A DNA stretch of 26,697 nucleotides from Wallemia ichthyophaga EXF-994 (Eukaryota > Fungi > Basidiomycota): positions 1 through 26,697 of the forward strand of contig NW_008806274.1 in assembly GCF_000400465.1 (NCBI RefSeq), given 5' to 3'. The notes below the pieces were generated by a model that saw only the letters and a list, made by a program, of their open reading frames with translations, was not told the origin of the DNA and ran no database searches. Of the stretch, positions 11,354 to 21,983 are shown piece after piece. A program made the translations under genes and the position numbers. Within the stretch, counting starts at the first letter, position 1. Each line of letters begins with the position of its first letter.

Positions 11354-11510
11354 TTTTGGAGAAAATCGATGATGGTGGTTTAGGAACAAGAGGCGTTTAA
11401 GGCCAAAACATACCACACTCAAATCACAGAAAACACACAAAACAACCAAGTAAACATAAAAGTATATGCATTTGTGATCAAGTATAGCTAAATACTCCAA
11501 ACACACCACT

Positions 11511-12034
<524 letters not shown>

Positions 12035-12397
12035 CGTTTGTGTCGTCCTTCGCCCACTTTATCGTCAATCGACAAGGAGCCAGGAAGTCAGCTGCGAAAT
12101 TCTTATACGCTCAGATTTTATAAAATTTGAAATTAATTTTGTCGTGCGAGTGGTGTGTATAGGGTGTGTTATAGGTGCTGTGTGTGATTGTGTCTTCATT
12201 CATGTATTTTCCAGTGAGTTATGATGTAGGTGAAAATATTCACCTTGATAGAGGGACTACAAGTACAAATGGTGAAGAAAGCTGGATGTAACAGCCCAGT
12301 CTAACGTACTTAACCACTATACGTTATATTAATATTAATTATCTATTTCCTTACTCACCCACTCGACTGCCTTAACTCCCACCAAGTATTCCTGAAA
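12035..12397. promoter_or_regulatory. Divergent promoter region RPS31 / YOP1
   Basis: 363 bp between opposed start codons; palindromic ATTTTATAAAAT at 12115-12126. Confidence 0.5.
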
Positions 12398-13170
12398 ATG
12401 GCATCAGCAGCAGACATCCAAGCCAAGGTGAGTCTGGCTTTTTGCCTGCATTCATCTCTTCTAAGCCACGCTACAGGCACAATACTACGTCAACCAAGTG
12501 AGTTTGATTGATTACGCTGTGTATCAATAATACTAATGTCTTCCAGGTCGATAAGCAGGTGTGTTTGCTTGTACCAACGCCCATTCTCTTACTAATCAAC
12601 CTTTCCAGCTCAGCGCTTACCCACAAATCTCAAAGGTGAATATTATTCTCCCCCCACCAACACCCAGCTGACCCTTCCGCCGATTGAATCTCAAATTGGC
12701 TTACCAAAAGCGTACGTCGCTCCAGGCTTAGCCTTTGTCGTCGCTGCTCTCGTCTTTTTCAACATTGGCGCTGCTTTCATCTCAAACCTCATCGGTTTCG
12801 CTATACCTGCTTACTACGCACTCTGCGCCATCGAATCTCCAGGACACGACGATGACATTCAATGGCTCACTTATTTCGTGGTCTTCTCCTTCTTTACCTT
12901 TGGTGAGAGCCTTGTTAACATTGTCAAGTACTTCCCCTTCTACTACCTTTTCAAGTATGTCTAGGTGTTTTTTATAGGACACGATATTAACTTTCACTAC
13001 TTAGGATCGGATTCTCCGCTTGGCTCATGCTCCCTCAAACTAAAGGCGCAAAGACTCTCTACTTGAATGTCCTTCGCCCTGTTCTCTTCTCCAAGAACAA
13101 GTCTCAGCCAAGAGGTTCATTTACTGCTCACGATTTAAGATCCAAGGCTGACGCTCAAGTAGATAACTAA
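12398..13170 (+). CDS. YOP1: ER-shaping protein Yop1 (DP1/REEP, TB2/DP1/HVA22 family); 6 exons including four 5' micro-exons
   Basis: Reconstructed MASAADIQAK/AQYYVNQ/VDKQ/LSAYPQISK/IESQIGLPKAYV...ISNLIGFAIPAYYALCAIESPGHDDDIQWLTYFVVF...FPFYYLFK/IGFSAWLMLPQTKGAKTLYLNVLRP. Not captured by the ORF track. Confidence 0.9.
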
Positions 13171-13283
13171 ATTCCATTAATCAAAAATAATTCAAATCTA
13201 TGTGTCTCATCTTATTTTACTAAGTAAAGCTCTCTTTAAGCTATCTTTTTCATAAATATATGCTTCACTGATTATCTCTTTGT

Positions 13284-15667
13284 TTACTCTTGTCTCTTTT
13301 TGGCCGCTGCTGCAATTGCATTCAGTGCACTTCCATACCTCAGCCACGTAAGCTGATCTACCGACATGGTGTGGTTCACTGGGATACTCAGCTTCCTTCC
13401 ATCCTTCTTCTCAACATTGACGCTGAGTGGTGTGTCTAATGCACCTCCAAACAACTGAACCAATCCTTGCGTGCTTATATCATCACCTGCATCTATCTTA
13501 CTGTAATCCTCCTTGTTTGTAAATGTGAGTGGAAGAATACCTTGCTTCTTGAGATTGGTTTCGTGGATACGTGCTAATGATCTACCCAACACTATAGCAC
13601 ATCCAAGCCACCTTGGTTGCATTGAGGCATGCTCACGAGCACTGCCTTCACCATAATTCTCATCAACAACTAGCATCCAAGGCTTACGCTCTCTTTTGTA
13701 CTCCTTTCCTACATTAGGAATAGTGTTGTACTTCCCATTAAAGAAATCATACGCAGAATTCACATTACCATTCTCATCATTCACCGCTGTCATTAATGTG
13801 TTTTCTGAAATGTTACTCAAATGTCCCTTATATTTGAGCCAAGGTCCAGCAGCTGAAATGTGATCTGTTGTACACTTTCCTCTCACTCTCATCAAACACT
13901 GCAACCCACTCAATTCTGTCGGTTGTTCACTGTTTTCAAAATGTGACTCAAATGGCTCGAGTATTTCCAACCTATTGCTAGACTTGTCAATGTTCACCTC
14001 CGTCTCGGGTATAGGTTGAGGTGTTGGTCTTGGTGAAAATGTTTCATCACCAACCTCAAAACCGTCAGCAGGAAGGAATGTACCATGAGGTGGTTCAAAC
14101 TTCAAAGCTTTCTTTTCTCCTTCTGCTGGTATTGTATCTGTCATTGGATTAAATGTCATATTACCAGCAATCGTCATCGCAGTGACTATCTCCGGACTTG
14201 CTAAGAAGTTCATCGTTTTCATGTTACCGTCGTTTCTCGCTTTGAAGTTACGATTAAATGAGGTGAGAATGGCTGTGAAATGTTAGCGTTTTCGTCGCGT
14301 ATCATCTATAACTCTCACTCACCATTATCTTCACTCTGCGCCTCCTTCCTATCCCACTGTCCTATACATGGTCCACAAGCATTAGCTAGAACGGTAGCAC
14401 CGACAGTTTCGAGGGTTGATTGTACACCATCTCTTTCAATCGTTGCTCTAATCAACTCACTACCTGGTGTGACCATGAATGGTACAGCCGCAATTCTGTT
14501 AGCGTTTTTTGCTTGATTAGCTATGCTTTCCACTCTCGACATATCCTCGTAACTCGAGTTAGTACAACTACCAATTAATCCCGCCGAGAGTGTGCTTGGC
14601 CAGTTATTCTCTTTCACCATCGCACTGAATTTTGAGAGAGGTGTGGAAAGATCAGGTGTAAATGGACCGTTGATATGTGGCTCGAGTTCTGAAAGATTAA
14701 TTTCAATCACGTCATCATACTCAGCACCAGCGTCTGCTTTGAGGAAGGAGTGTTGTGCGTTGACGTCATCTGCAGCCTCAGCTACAGGTCCTCTACCGGT
14801 AGCATGCAAGTAAGATCTCATAGACTGCGAGTAAGGAAATGTGGACGTAGTAGCGCCAACTTCCGCACCCATGTTTGCGATGGTAGCCAAACCGGTGCAC
14901 GACTGAGTGTTTAAACCAGGACCAAAGTACTCTAAAATAGATCCTGTACCACCCTTGACGGTGAGTTTTCCTGCCAAGTGCAAAATGAGGTCTTTGGGGG
15001 TAGTCCAACCGTTCATCTCGCCTGTAAGCTTGACACCGATAACTTTTGGAGCCTTGAGCTCCCACGGTGTGCCTGACATACCGTCTACGGCATCAGCGCC
15101 ACCTACACCAATAGCCAGCATACCCATACCGCCTGCATTTGGTGTGTGCGAGTCAGTACCGAGCATTAGCATACCAGGCGCAGCATAGTTTTCGAGCACA
15201 AGTTGGTGTATAATACCACTACCAGGCTTCCAGAACTCTATACCGTACTTTTTTGAAGCGCTTTCGAGGAAATCGAAAACTTCCTTGTTGCTGACGATTG
15301 AACGTTTAAGATCAGCAGCTGCGCCTTCGTAGGCTTGAATGAGATGGTCGCAGTGGATAGAAGTGGGTACTGCAGTAGTGCTCAGCCCGCAAGTCATGAA
15401 TTGCAACAAGGCCATTTGCGCGGATGCATCCTGCATCGCCACTCTATCGGGAGAAAGCTTTAAATAGGCCTGGCCACGCAGACTGGAGTGTGTTTTTCCA
15501 GCAAGTGAATCCTCCGGCGAGTGCAAGTGTGAATACAGAATCTTCTCTGCAAGCGTCAGCTTGGCTTCGTTGCCCAACAATTGCCGAACTTTAGAAAGCT
15601 TGCTGGAGAGTGAGGCATAGTTGGGCGTGATCGACGTGCAGTCTTTGAGTTTAAGAAGATTTCTCAT
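13284..15667 (-). CDS. ACO2: Aconitase family hydratase, Aco2/AcoB type (homocitrate/aconitate dehydratase); intron 14322-14273; start uncertain (15667 or 15757)
   Basis: [28 protein letters not shown] (Aco2-type rather than Aco1 DRVACQDATAQ), [19 protein letters not shown], Fe-S ligands [11 protein letters not shown] and [11 protein letters not shown], swivel domain [15 protein letters not shown] and [11 protein letters not shown]. Confidence 0.9.
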
Positions 15668-15763
15668 TTCTCCTGCCACTGGATTACAAATTGATCGTGG
15701 TTGATTGGAACAAAAGGACTGGGATGGGCACAAGCTGGGCAGACATAGAGAATACATACACCT

Positions 15764-16684
15764 TTACAACCTATTCAACATCTTATTTGCCTTATTCAAA
15801 TTTACGTCAAAGTTGTTGAGACTTCCATCAAGGCTGTCGAGAAGTTCGTTGTGCTGAGCGACTTCGGAATTAATCGCAAGTCCCATCTCAAGCTGCCTCT
15901 GTAATCTTAATGAGATTTGTTCAATTTGCGTATCCTGACTGGCCATCTTGGTTGATTGCAAGGTGTGCAGTTGGGTGGAATCGAGTGGACGAGTTTCCTC
16001 AGTTTCGACAGGCTTGGATTGTCTGTTAAATGATAGCGTTTTTGGCTGCTCTGTTTGCTTATTTTGCTTGCTGGTATCCTTCAGCATCAACTCAATCAAG
16101 TCTACTTGATCAACGAGCGATAGCAGCAACTGATGTCTGCTATTGAACTCATTTGAGCTAATAGATTGCTTCGTAGTATCCAAATTGAGCTGCAATTCCC
16201 TCAATTTTGCTAGGCATACGAACAGTTCCCTTCTCGCGCTCTTATCGCTCTTGTATACCAACCCCTTAAGCACTCTAAGTTGGTTGGATAGAGTACGATA
16301 GCTCTCCATCCAGTTGAATGCGCCTCTCGTCTGTGCTTGCAAGCATATAAATGCTTTAAACTCCCTCGAATCCCTCCAAATGGGATTCCTAGATGAAATG
16401 ATGAAATGCAGGTATTTATTAAAGCCATCGACTCTTTCCTTTATCACTGGCTCGTTTGTTGACTGCCTAAATCGCAGCAAATGCTTCGGGGGTATCGTCA
16501 CCACACCGCTATCCAATCCCCTCAGCTGCTTATCGAGATTATCGAAATCTGAGTAACGTTTGTCAATAACATAGGAATTGAGATTTGTAGACACGTGTAT
16601 CTTGTAGACTGTATGGCTTGGTGGTGGCGTTGTGCGTATCTCATAGCAATCGATGTGTATCGAGCGTATCACTGGCGTCGTCAT
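15764..16684 (-). CDS. VAM7: PX-domain + C-terminal Qc-SNARE protein without TM anchor (Vam7-like vacuolar SNARE)
   Basis: PX motif VYKIHV..IDKRYSDFDNLDKQL..IPPKH..IKERVDGFNKYL; C-terminal SNARE heptads QDTQIEQISLRLQRQLEMGLAINSEVAQHNELLDSL ending without a hydrophobic anchor. Confidence 0.85.
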   Translation of the reverse strand: MTTPVIRSIHIDCYEIRTTPPPSHTVYKIHVSTNLNSYVIDKRYSDFDNLDKQLRGLDSGVVTIPPKHLLRFRQSTNEPVIKERVDGFNKYLHFIISSRNPIWRDSREFKAFICLQAQTRGAFNWMESYRTLSNQLRVLKGLVYKSDKSARRELFVCLAKLRELQLNLDTTKQSISSNEFNSRHQLLLSLVDQVDLIELMLKDTSKQNKQTEQPKTLSFNRQSKPVETEETRPLDSTQLHTLQSTKMASQDTQIEQISLRLQRQLEMGLAINSEVAQHNELLDSLDGSLNNFDVNLNKANKMLNRL

Positions 16685-16826
16685 TGAAGGGGTGGAAGAG
16701 AGTGGAGGTGCTGTCAACGATGGGCGGTATAAACAGCTAAATAAGTTTCAAGAAAAGCCAAAATGAAATGGAATCCGAATACTACAAACATGAGACTGCA
16801 AACAATGCAAATACTAGCAATACAAC

Positions 16827-17165
16827 CTACTTCCACCACACATCCCTCTCCAATTCCCTCATCTTCTCACTACGATAACGAGTGCGACGTTGTACAGATA
16901 TCTCACTACCAAGCTTTATCGTGAGCTGGTGCACCATCTTGCCTCCAACTTTTATTGTCTCCACTTTCGGCACATTTGGATGTATGTTGAGGACATTTGC
17001 GAGCTGCCTGGAAGCTGCCACGGGTTTTGGTTTGCTGCCGGTGCACGTCGTTCTACTCCGGCCGAGCTTCGTCTTGTGTCCATCGAATGATGTAATGGAT
17101 GTAAAGGGTGCAATCGAAGCACACGTTGCTGCTGAATTGCTTCTAGTTCTACTCGTCTTTGCCAT
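16827..17165 (-). CDS. Hypothetical small basic protein (112 aa), no recognised family
   Basis: Intronless ATG ORF filling the gap between APN2 and VAM7 with the same orientation and similar spacing; context ACAACCATGG and TATAAA about 22 nt upstream. No motif recognised. Confidence 0.5.
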   Translation of the reverse strand: MAKTSRTRSNSAATCASIAPFTSITSFDGHKTKLGRSRTTCTGSKPKPVAASRQLANVLNIHPNVPKVETIKVGGKMVHQLTIKLGSEISVQRRTRYRSEKMRELERDVWWK

Positions 17166-17332
17166 GGTTGTTGTGACTCAAAGATGTTTATAAGTCTCAA
17201 TGTTGATTTAATATCTATTATAAACCGCATTAGGAAACTGCGAGTGGGGATTAAATGATATTGGCTTCTAGACTCTAGAGAATGACATGACAATTCATAA
17301 TTTATATTTTAACAATTATTTAACAAAGCCAC

Positions 17333-18902
17333 TTAAACACCACTCAAATCTCGCTCAAGCTGGGAGGACCACACAAAGTAGTTACATCGATACTGACTAC
17401 TCGATCCACTCGCATCATAACCAGGTCCAACGTCTCGCTTGCACAGCCAAAACTGCTTGCCTTTATTCGGACCTGGCTTATTCACCGTATACTCCTTGCA
17501 GTCCTCCTTGTGTACTTTGCATTTGGGTACCTTTTTAGGTGCCATCAGTGCTTTCCATGCTGTTTTAGTTGCAGTGTCATTATCTTTACGGTATTTCCGA
17601 GGTGATGAGGGGGTGGTATGAGTATCGTCGAGTGTACGTGTGCGAGGCTGGAAGAACGACTCTATTTTTGGCTGTTGCGGGGAGTGCTTGGTAGATTCTT
17701 GTTGCAACTGTGATTGTGATTGTGACTGTGACTGCGGTCCATTTTGTAGTGCACTTTCGTTTATCGCTTGCGATCTCTTCCCAACCTTCAAAAATCCCGC
17801 CAATGAAGTCTGCTTACCATTAAACTCATCCCAATTCGCTGCACATAACGGTGGTGTAGATGTATCAGCAGGTGGTAGAAGATCTATCAAACGTACCGCC
17901 CTCTCGCCATTGCCATCTTTTATCACCATCTCGTCATGTAGGTCTATGTAAACGGGGCAGTGGTCCGAGTTGTAAACGTGTGGTGCGATCTCAGCCTCCT
18001 TAATCCACGGCAGCAAACCGGGTGTCACGAGAACATAGTCGATGCGCGTTCCGTAATTGGATGGTCTTGCATTAATAACCTGATTCCAGCACGTAAACAT
18101 GCCTTCTTTGTTAGGATGCAGGAGGCGAGCCACATCAACAAGCGGAGAGTCTGAATGGCTAACCAATCGATCCATCCACTTTCGTGTGTACTTGGCAGCA
18201 AATTCCATCCTGCCTGTATCAGTGCGCGTCAAATCGATCCCGTCGCAGTGATCGAATGGCCGATGAGCGACATTGAGATCACCGAGCAGTATGACTTGTC
18301 TTCCTGCATCTTTCAGCTGTTTCACCCTCTCAAAAAGCATTTCATGGAATGAGTGCTTGTAATGGCCGCGGTTCTCCCCTTCTGCTGGGCAATACACGTT
18401 GATGAGGACAAAGAAACCGAAATCAAGTACGAGTGCGCGCCCTTCTGTGTCCAGTTGCTTGATGTTAGTGTTTTCTGGATGGTAGTTGTGTGCTAGGAGT
18501 GTGTCGTCGTTGTGTTTGTGTATTTCAGAGACTGGCTGTACTCTCTGATTGTAGGCGAGGGGTGGGAGTGACAAGGAGTATGTTGTGTATCCCCCGCTTA
18601 ATCCCTCTTCTGCAGCTAGTGCTTTGTAACGCGTGTAGATGCATACGCCGGAGTAAGATCTACTGTGGCAAAACGACCAATACGAGTCGAAGCCATGAAG
18701 GATGGCTTGCGAGGAGTTAACAGCCCCCTTCAGCATCTTGGTCTCTATCGTGGATCGCGTCAGATAGCGTCATCTCTCCATCTCTAAACGCACCCTGAAC
18801 ACAGACAATATCGGCGTCAAGGCTGCGCAACATATCATCACAGTTCTGGTAATTTCTTAAAATACGGCGTGTGCCGTTGATATTCCAGCTGAGAATGCGC
18901 AT
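17333..18902 (-). CDS. APN2: AP endonuclease Apn2 (ExoIII/APE2 family) with C-terminal GRF zinc finger; intron 18793-18745
   Basis: MRILSWNING, DIVCVQ/ETK, YSGV, LDTEGR, INVYCP, LGDLNVAH, FTCWN..NYGTRIDYVL, SDHCPV, PIP-like QPKIESFF, and zf-GRF PKCKVH..VNKPGPNKGKQFWLC..CNYFVW. Confidence 0.95.
17708..17734 (-). repeat. Coding hexamer repeat (TGTGAY)n, QS dipeptide in Apn2
   Basis: tgtgattgtgattgtgactgtgactg, translating as QSQSQSQSQ. Confidence 0.8.
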
Positions 18903-19927
18903 AGCATTGAGGTCATCGACGTCGATTGGAGGGTTTTTAAAAGTGTTTCTGTGTACAAATATTATATTTAGAGGGATTATATAGTGCTGAGAGTTTTACA
19001 AACCCCCATTGACGCCTTACTTGCAACTGCAGCGGTCTTCTTTGGGGATTTTCTCGAGGACCTTTGGTAGATTAGCAAGGAGCAGTAACAGCAAACGTAA
19101 GCAAGCAAACTCACGGCATTCTTGTGCAGTCCACAGCCACTCCAGGTTTGCTTGTTGCAGTTTGCGCACTCGACTTGAAAGCACTGGTTTCTAGTGTGGT
19201 GTGAGTTGTGCGCCGTGGGAGCCGGATTGGCTGCGTGCGCACCTTAAGATCACACAGTCTAAAGCCATATATGTCTTTGTTCAATTGGTTTCACTCAAAA
19301 GAGACAGGTTTAATCTAACGTTCCAGCTGATAAGACATACTGATAAGCGCTGAGCTGAGCAATTTTGACAGGAAAAACACAATACAATTAAAATTCTTGT
19401 AAGACTGTATTTACATCAGTTTACATCATTTTCCCATCCACCCGCCTCAGTCAGCGACTCACCCAGTTTACTAATCGTCGTGCCGTCGCATCTTACTCCA
19501 GGGCTCGGTTGGAGAAAGAAGGTGGGGAAGCATTATCAGATGCGTCTAGTTGCCGCTGTGTGCCTCCACATACAGTGCAAAACTCCCCTTCAATCCTGCC
19601 GCTTTCCACCTTCTCCGCGGTGAAGAATGGCACTACTCATTCCTGCGAGCTTTGGGTGAGGACGGGGCTATTATTACACCATAATACACACTTAAAATCC
19701 GAAAAGCTCAACAGAAGTTCTTATACTATCCCTCCCTCTTATTATGTATTAGGCATTTCGATCATTTCCGGCAGAATTTCCGCCTCCGGACTTGAAAATC
19801 TGTCGTTATGAAATTAGTTACGCCTAGTAGCGTCACTTGACCCACTTCTCCACAAGATTAAAGTCGATCACTTTTCTTATTCTCTCAACTCTCACCACTG
19901 ATTGAAATTTATCATCTTATCCCCGCA

Positions 19928-21818
19928 ATGGCTACACAGGCTAAACGTTTTGAGGATCTCAACGCGGAGAAGACTGAAAAGACTCAGCACTCATCTGGCA
20001 GCTCGTCCAACGAGCCCACCAAGAACGAAGGTGGCGGTGGCGTTTACTTTGAGAACAAGACCGCTGAAGGCAAGATAATCCTCACCGAGGATGCTGCACC
20101 TGAGTGTACTGCACTTGCTTTCTCCGAAAAAAAGAAATGGGCAATTGCTGGCGTCGTCGCATACGTCCAGCTGTCGATGAATTACAATGCCTCAGTCTAC
20201 AACAACGCTCTATCAGGAATGACTGAGCATTTTGGCATCTCAACCCCTGCGGGAAAAACTGGACAAATGATTTTCTTGGTTGCGTACGCTTTCGGATGTG
20301 AGTTGTGGGCGCCCTGGTCTGAGGAATTTGGTCGTTTCCCGATTCTTCAACTCTCCCTATTTTTGGTAAACATTTGGTGCATTCTTTGCGCTCGTGCTCC
20401 TAACATTGGAGCTATGATTGTTGGCCGTGGTTTAGGCGGTCTGTCTTCCGCTGGTGGTAGTGTTACTCTTGGAATGGTAGCTGATTTATGGGGCCCTGAT
20501 ACTCAACAGTACGGTTTAGGGTGGGTGAAGATTTTAGTCATCGTATCAAGCTAAATCAGCTTCAGATTCATCGTTTGGAGTAGTGTAGCTGGTTCAACTG
20601 CTGGTCCAATCCGTAAGTTCATCTCTTTGAGGTGATCTCATCTTAACAGTGACTGTCAGTCGGTGGATTCGTAGAACAATTCGCTGGACCAGGACCAGCA
20701 TGGCGTTGGGTGTGAGTTTCACAGCTCCTGGCTTTTTAAGCACCTCTAATTATAATACCAGCTTCTACACGCAGCTTATCTGGGGTGTCTCAGCTCAGCT
20801 TTTGCATTTTTGCATTCCAGAGACCAGATCGACCATCATGCTTGACAGAGAAGCTAAAAGAAGACGCAAAGCAGCTGCTAAAGAAGGTATTGAACTCAAC
20901 ATCTGGGGTCCAAACGAAGTACGCGAGCAACGCCTGAGCATGAAGGAAATTCTCGTCATCTGGTACAGACCATTCGAGATGTTCATACGCGAGCCAATTG
21001 TCTTGTCTTGTTCACTGCTCTCTGGTTTCTCAGACATGGTAAGTCTATGAAGTCATCCCCACCAGTCATCACTAACAAACCACAGCTTATCTTCATTTTC
21101 CTGGATAGTTTCGGTAAAGTTTTCGCACAATGGGACTTCCAGACTTACCAAGTCGGGTAGGTGCAGTGATCGCGGAAACACAACTACCATACTGACTCCC
21201 TCCAGTCTCGCCTTTGTCTCTATTCTCATTTCATACTTCTTGGGCTGGGTCAGTTTCCTTCCATTCTTCAGAAGACAAGAGTTGAAGAGAAAAAGGGGTG
21301 TCTTTGTACCTCCGGAAGAGCGTCTTTATTGGTTACTTTGGACCGCCCCCCTGGAAGCCATCGGATTATTCGGCTTTTCTTGGACCTCTTTTGGACCTGA
21401 TCGTGACGTACATTGGATTGCGCCTTTGATATTTGCTGCTTTGATCGGAATAGCAAACTATGCAATCTACATGGCGACGATCGACTACATGGTTGCAGCT
21501 TACGGACCGTATGCCAGCTCAGCGACTGGTGGTAACGGATTTGCAAGAGATTTCTTAGCAGGAATCAGTGCAATGTTCGCTTCACCATTCTACAATCACT
21601 TTGACAATAACACATTGGAGATTCCAAGTACAATTCTCGCTTGCATAGCGACTGTGCTTATCATTCCAATCTTCCTTCTCTACTTCTACGGTGAATCAGT
21701 CAGAAAGCACAGCAAGTTTGCGCAAACTCTGGCTAGTGAGCGTGAAACAACGGACCTTCGCCACCAAGTTCGTGACGAGAAGACGAAAAACACGGAGCAT
21801 ATTGAAAACAACGCATAA
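19928..21818 (+). CDS. Major facilitator superfamily transporter, drug:H+ antiporter (DHA1)-like, multi-intron
   Basis: FSEKKKW, AYAFGCELWAPWSEEFGRFP, GRGLGGLSSAGGSVTLGMVADLW, WRWVFYTQLI, PETR, RPFEMFIREPIV, PEERL, DYMVAAYGPYASSATGGNGFARDFLAG, YGESVRKHSKFA. Confidence 0.9.
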
Positions 21819-21983
21819 GAATGCGTTTATACGGACATTTGGATTTATAGGAATGACTTCTCTTTTTACTCTAACTAATTACCCCTACGCTAGTCGATAG
21901 ATGATCAAAATTTCGACTTACGATTCACTTGTTATAATATTCTTGTTTATATTAATTTCGACGATTCACTGATTGCTTGCGAA

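Noticed and set aside
17174-17180. TGACTCA (Gcn4/AP-1 site) upstream of the orphan ORF
   Set aside because: The same 7-mer or its complement occurs several times in the window, including inside CDS (near 950, 2600, 13945, 26005); consistent with chance.
19009-19811. ORFs 19009-19194 and 19509-19811 in the APN2-MFS gap
   Set aside because: Non-ATG starts, no recognisable motifs; most likely promoter DNA.
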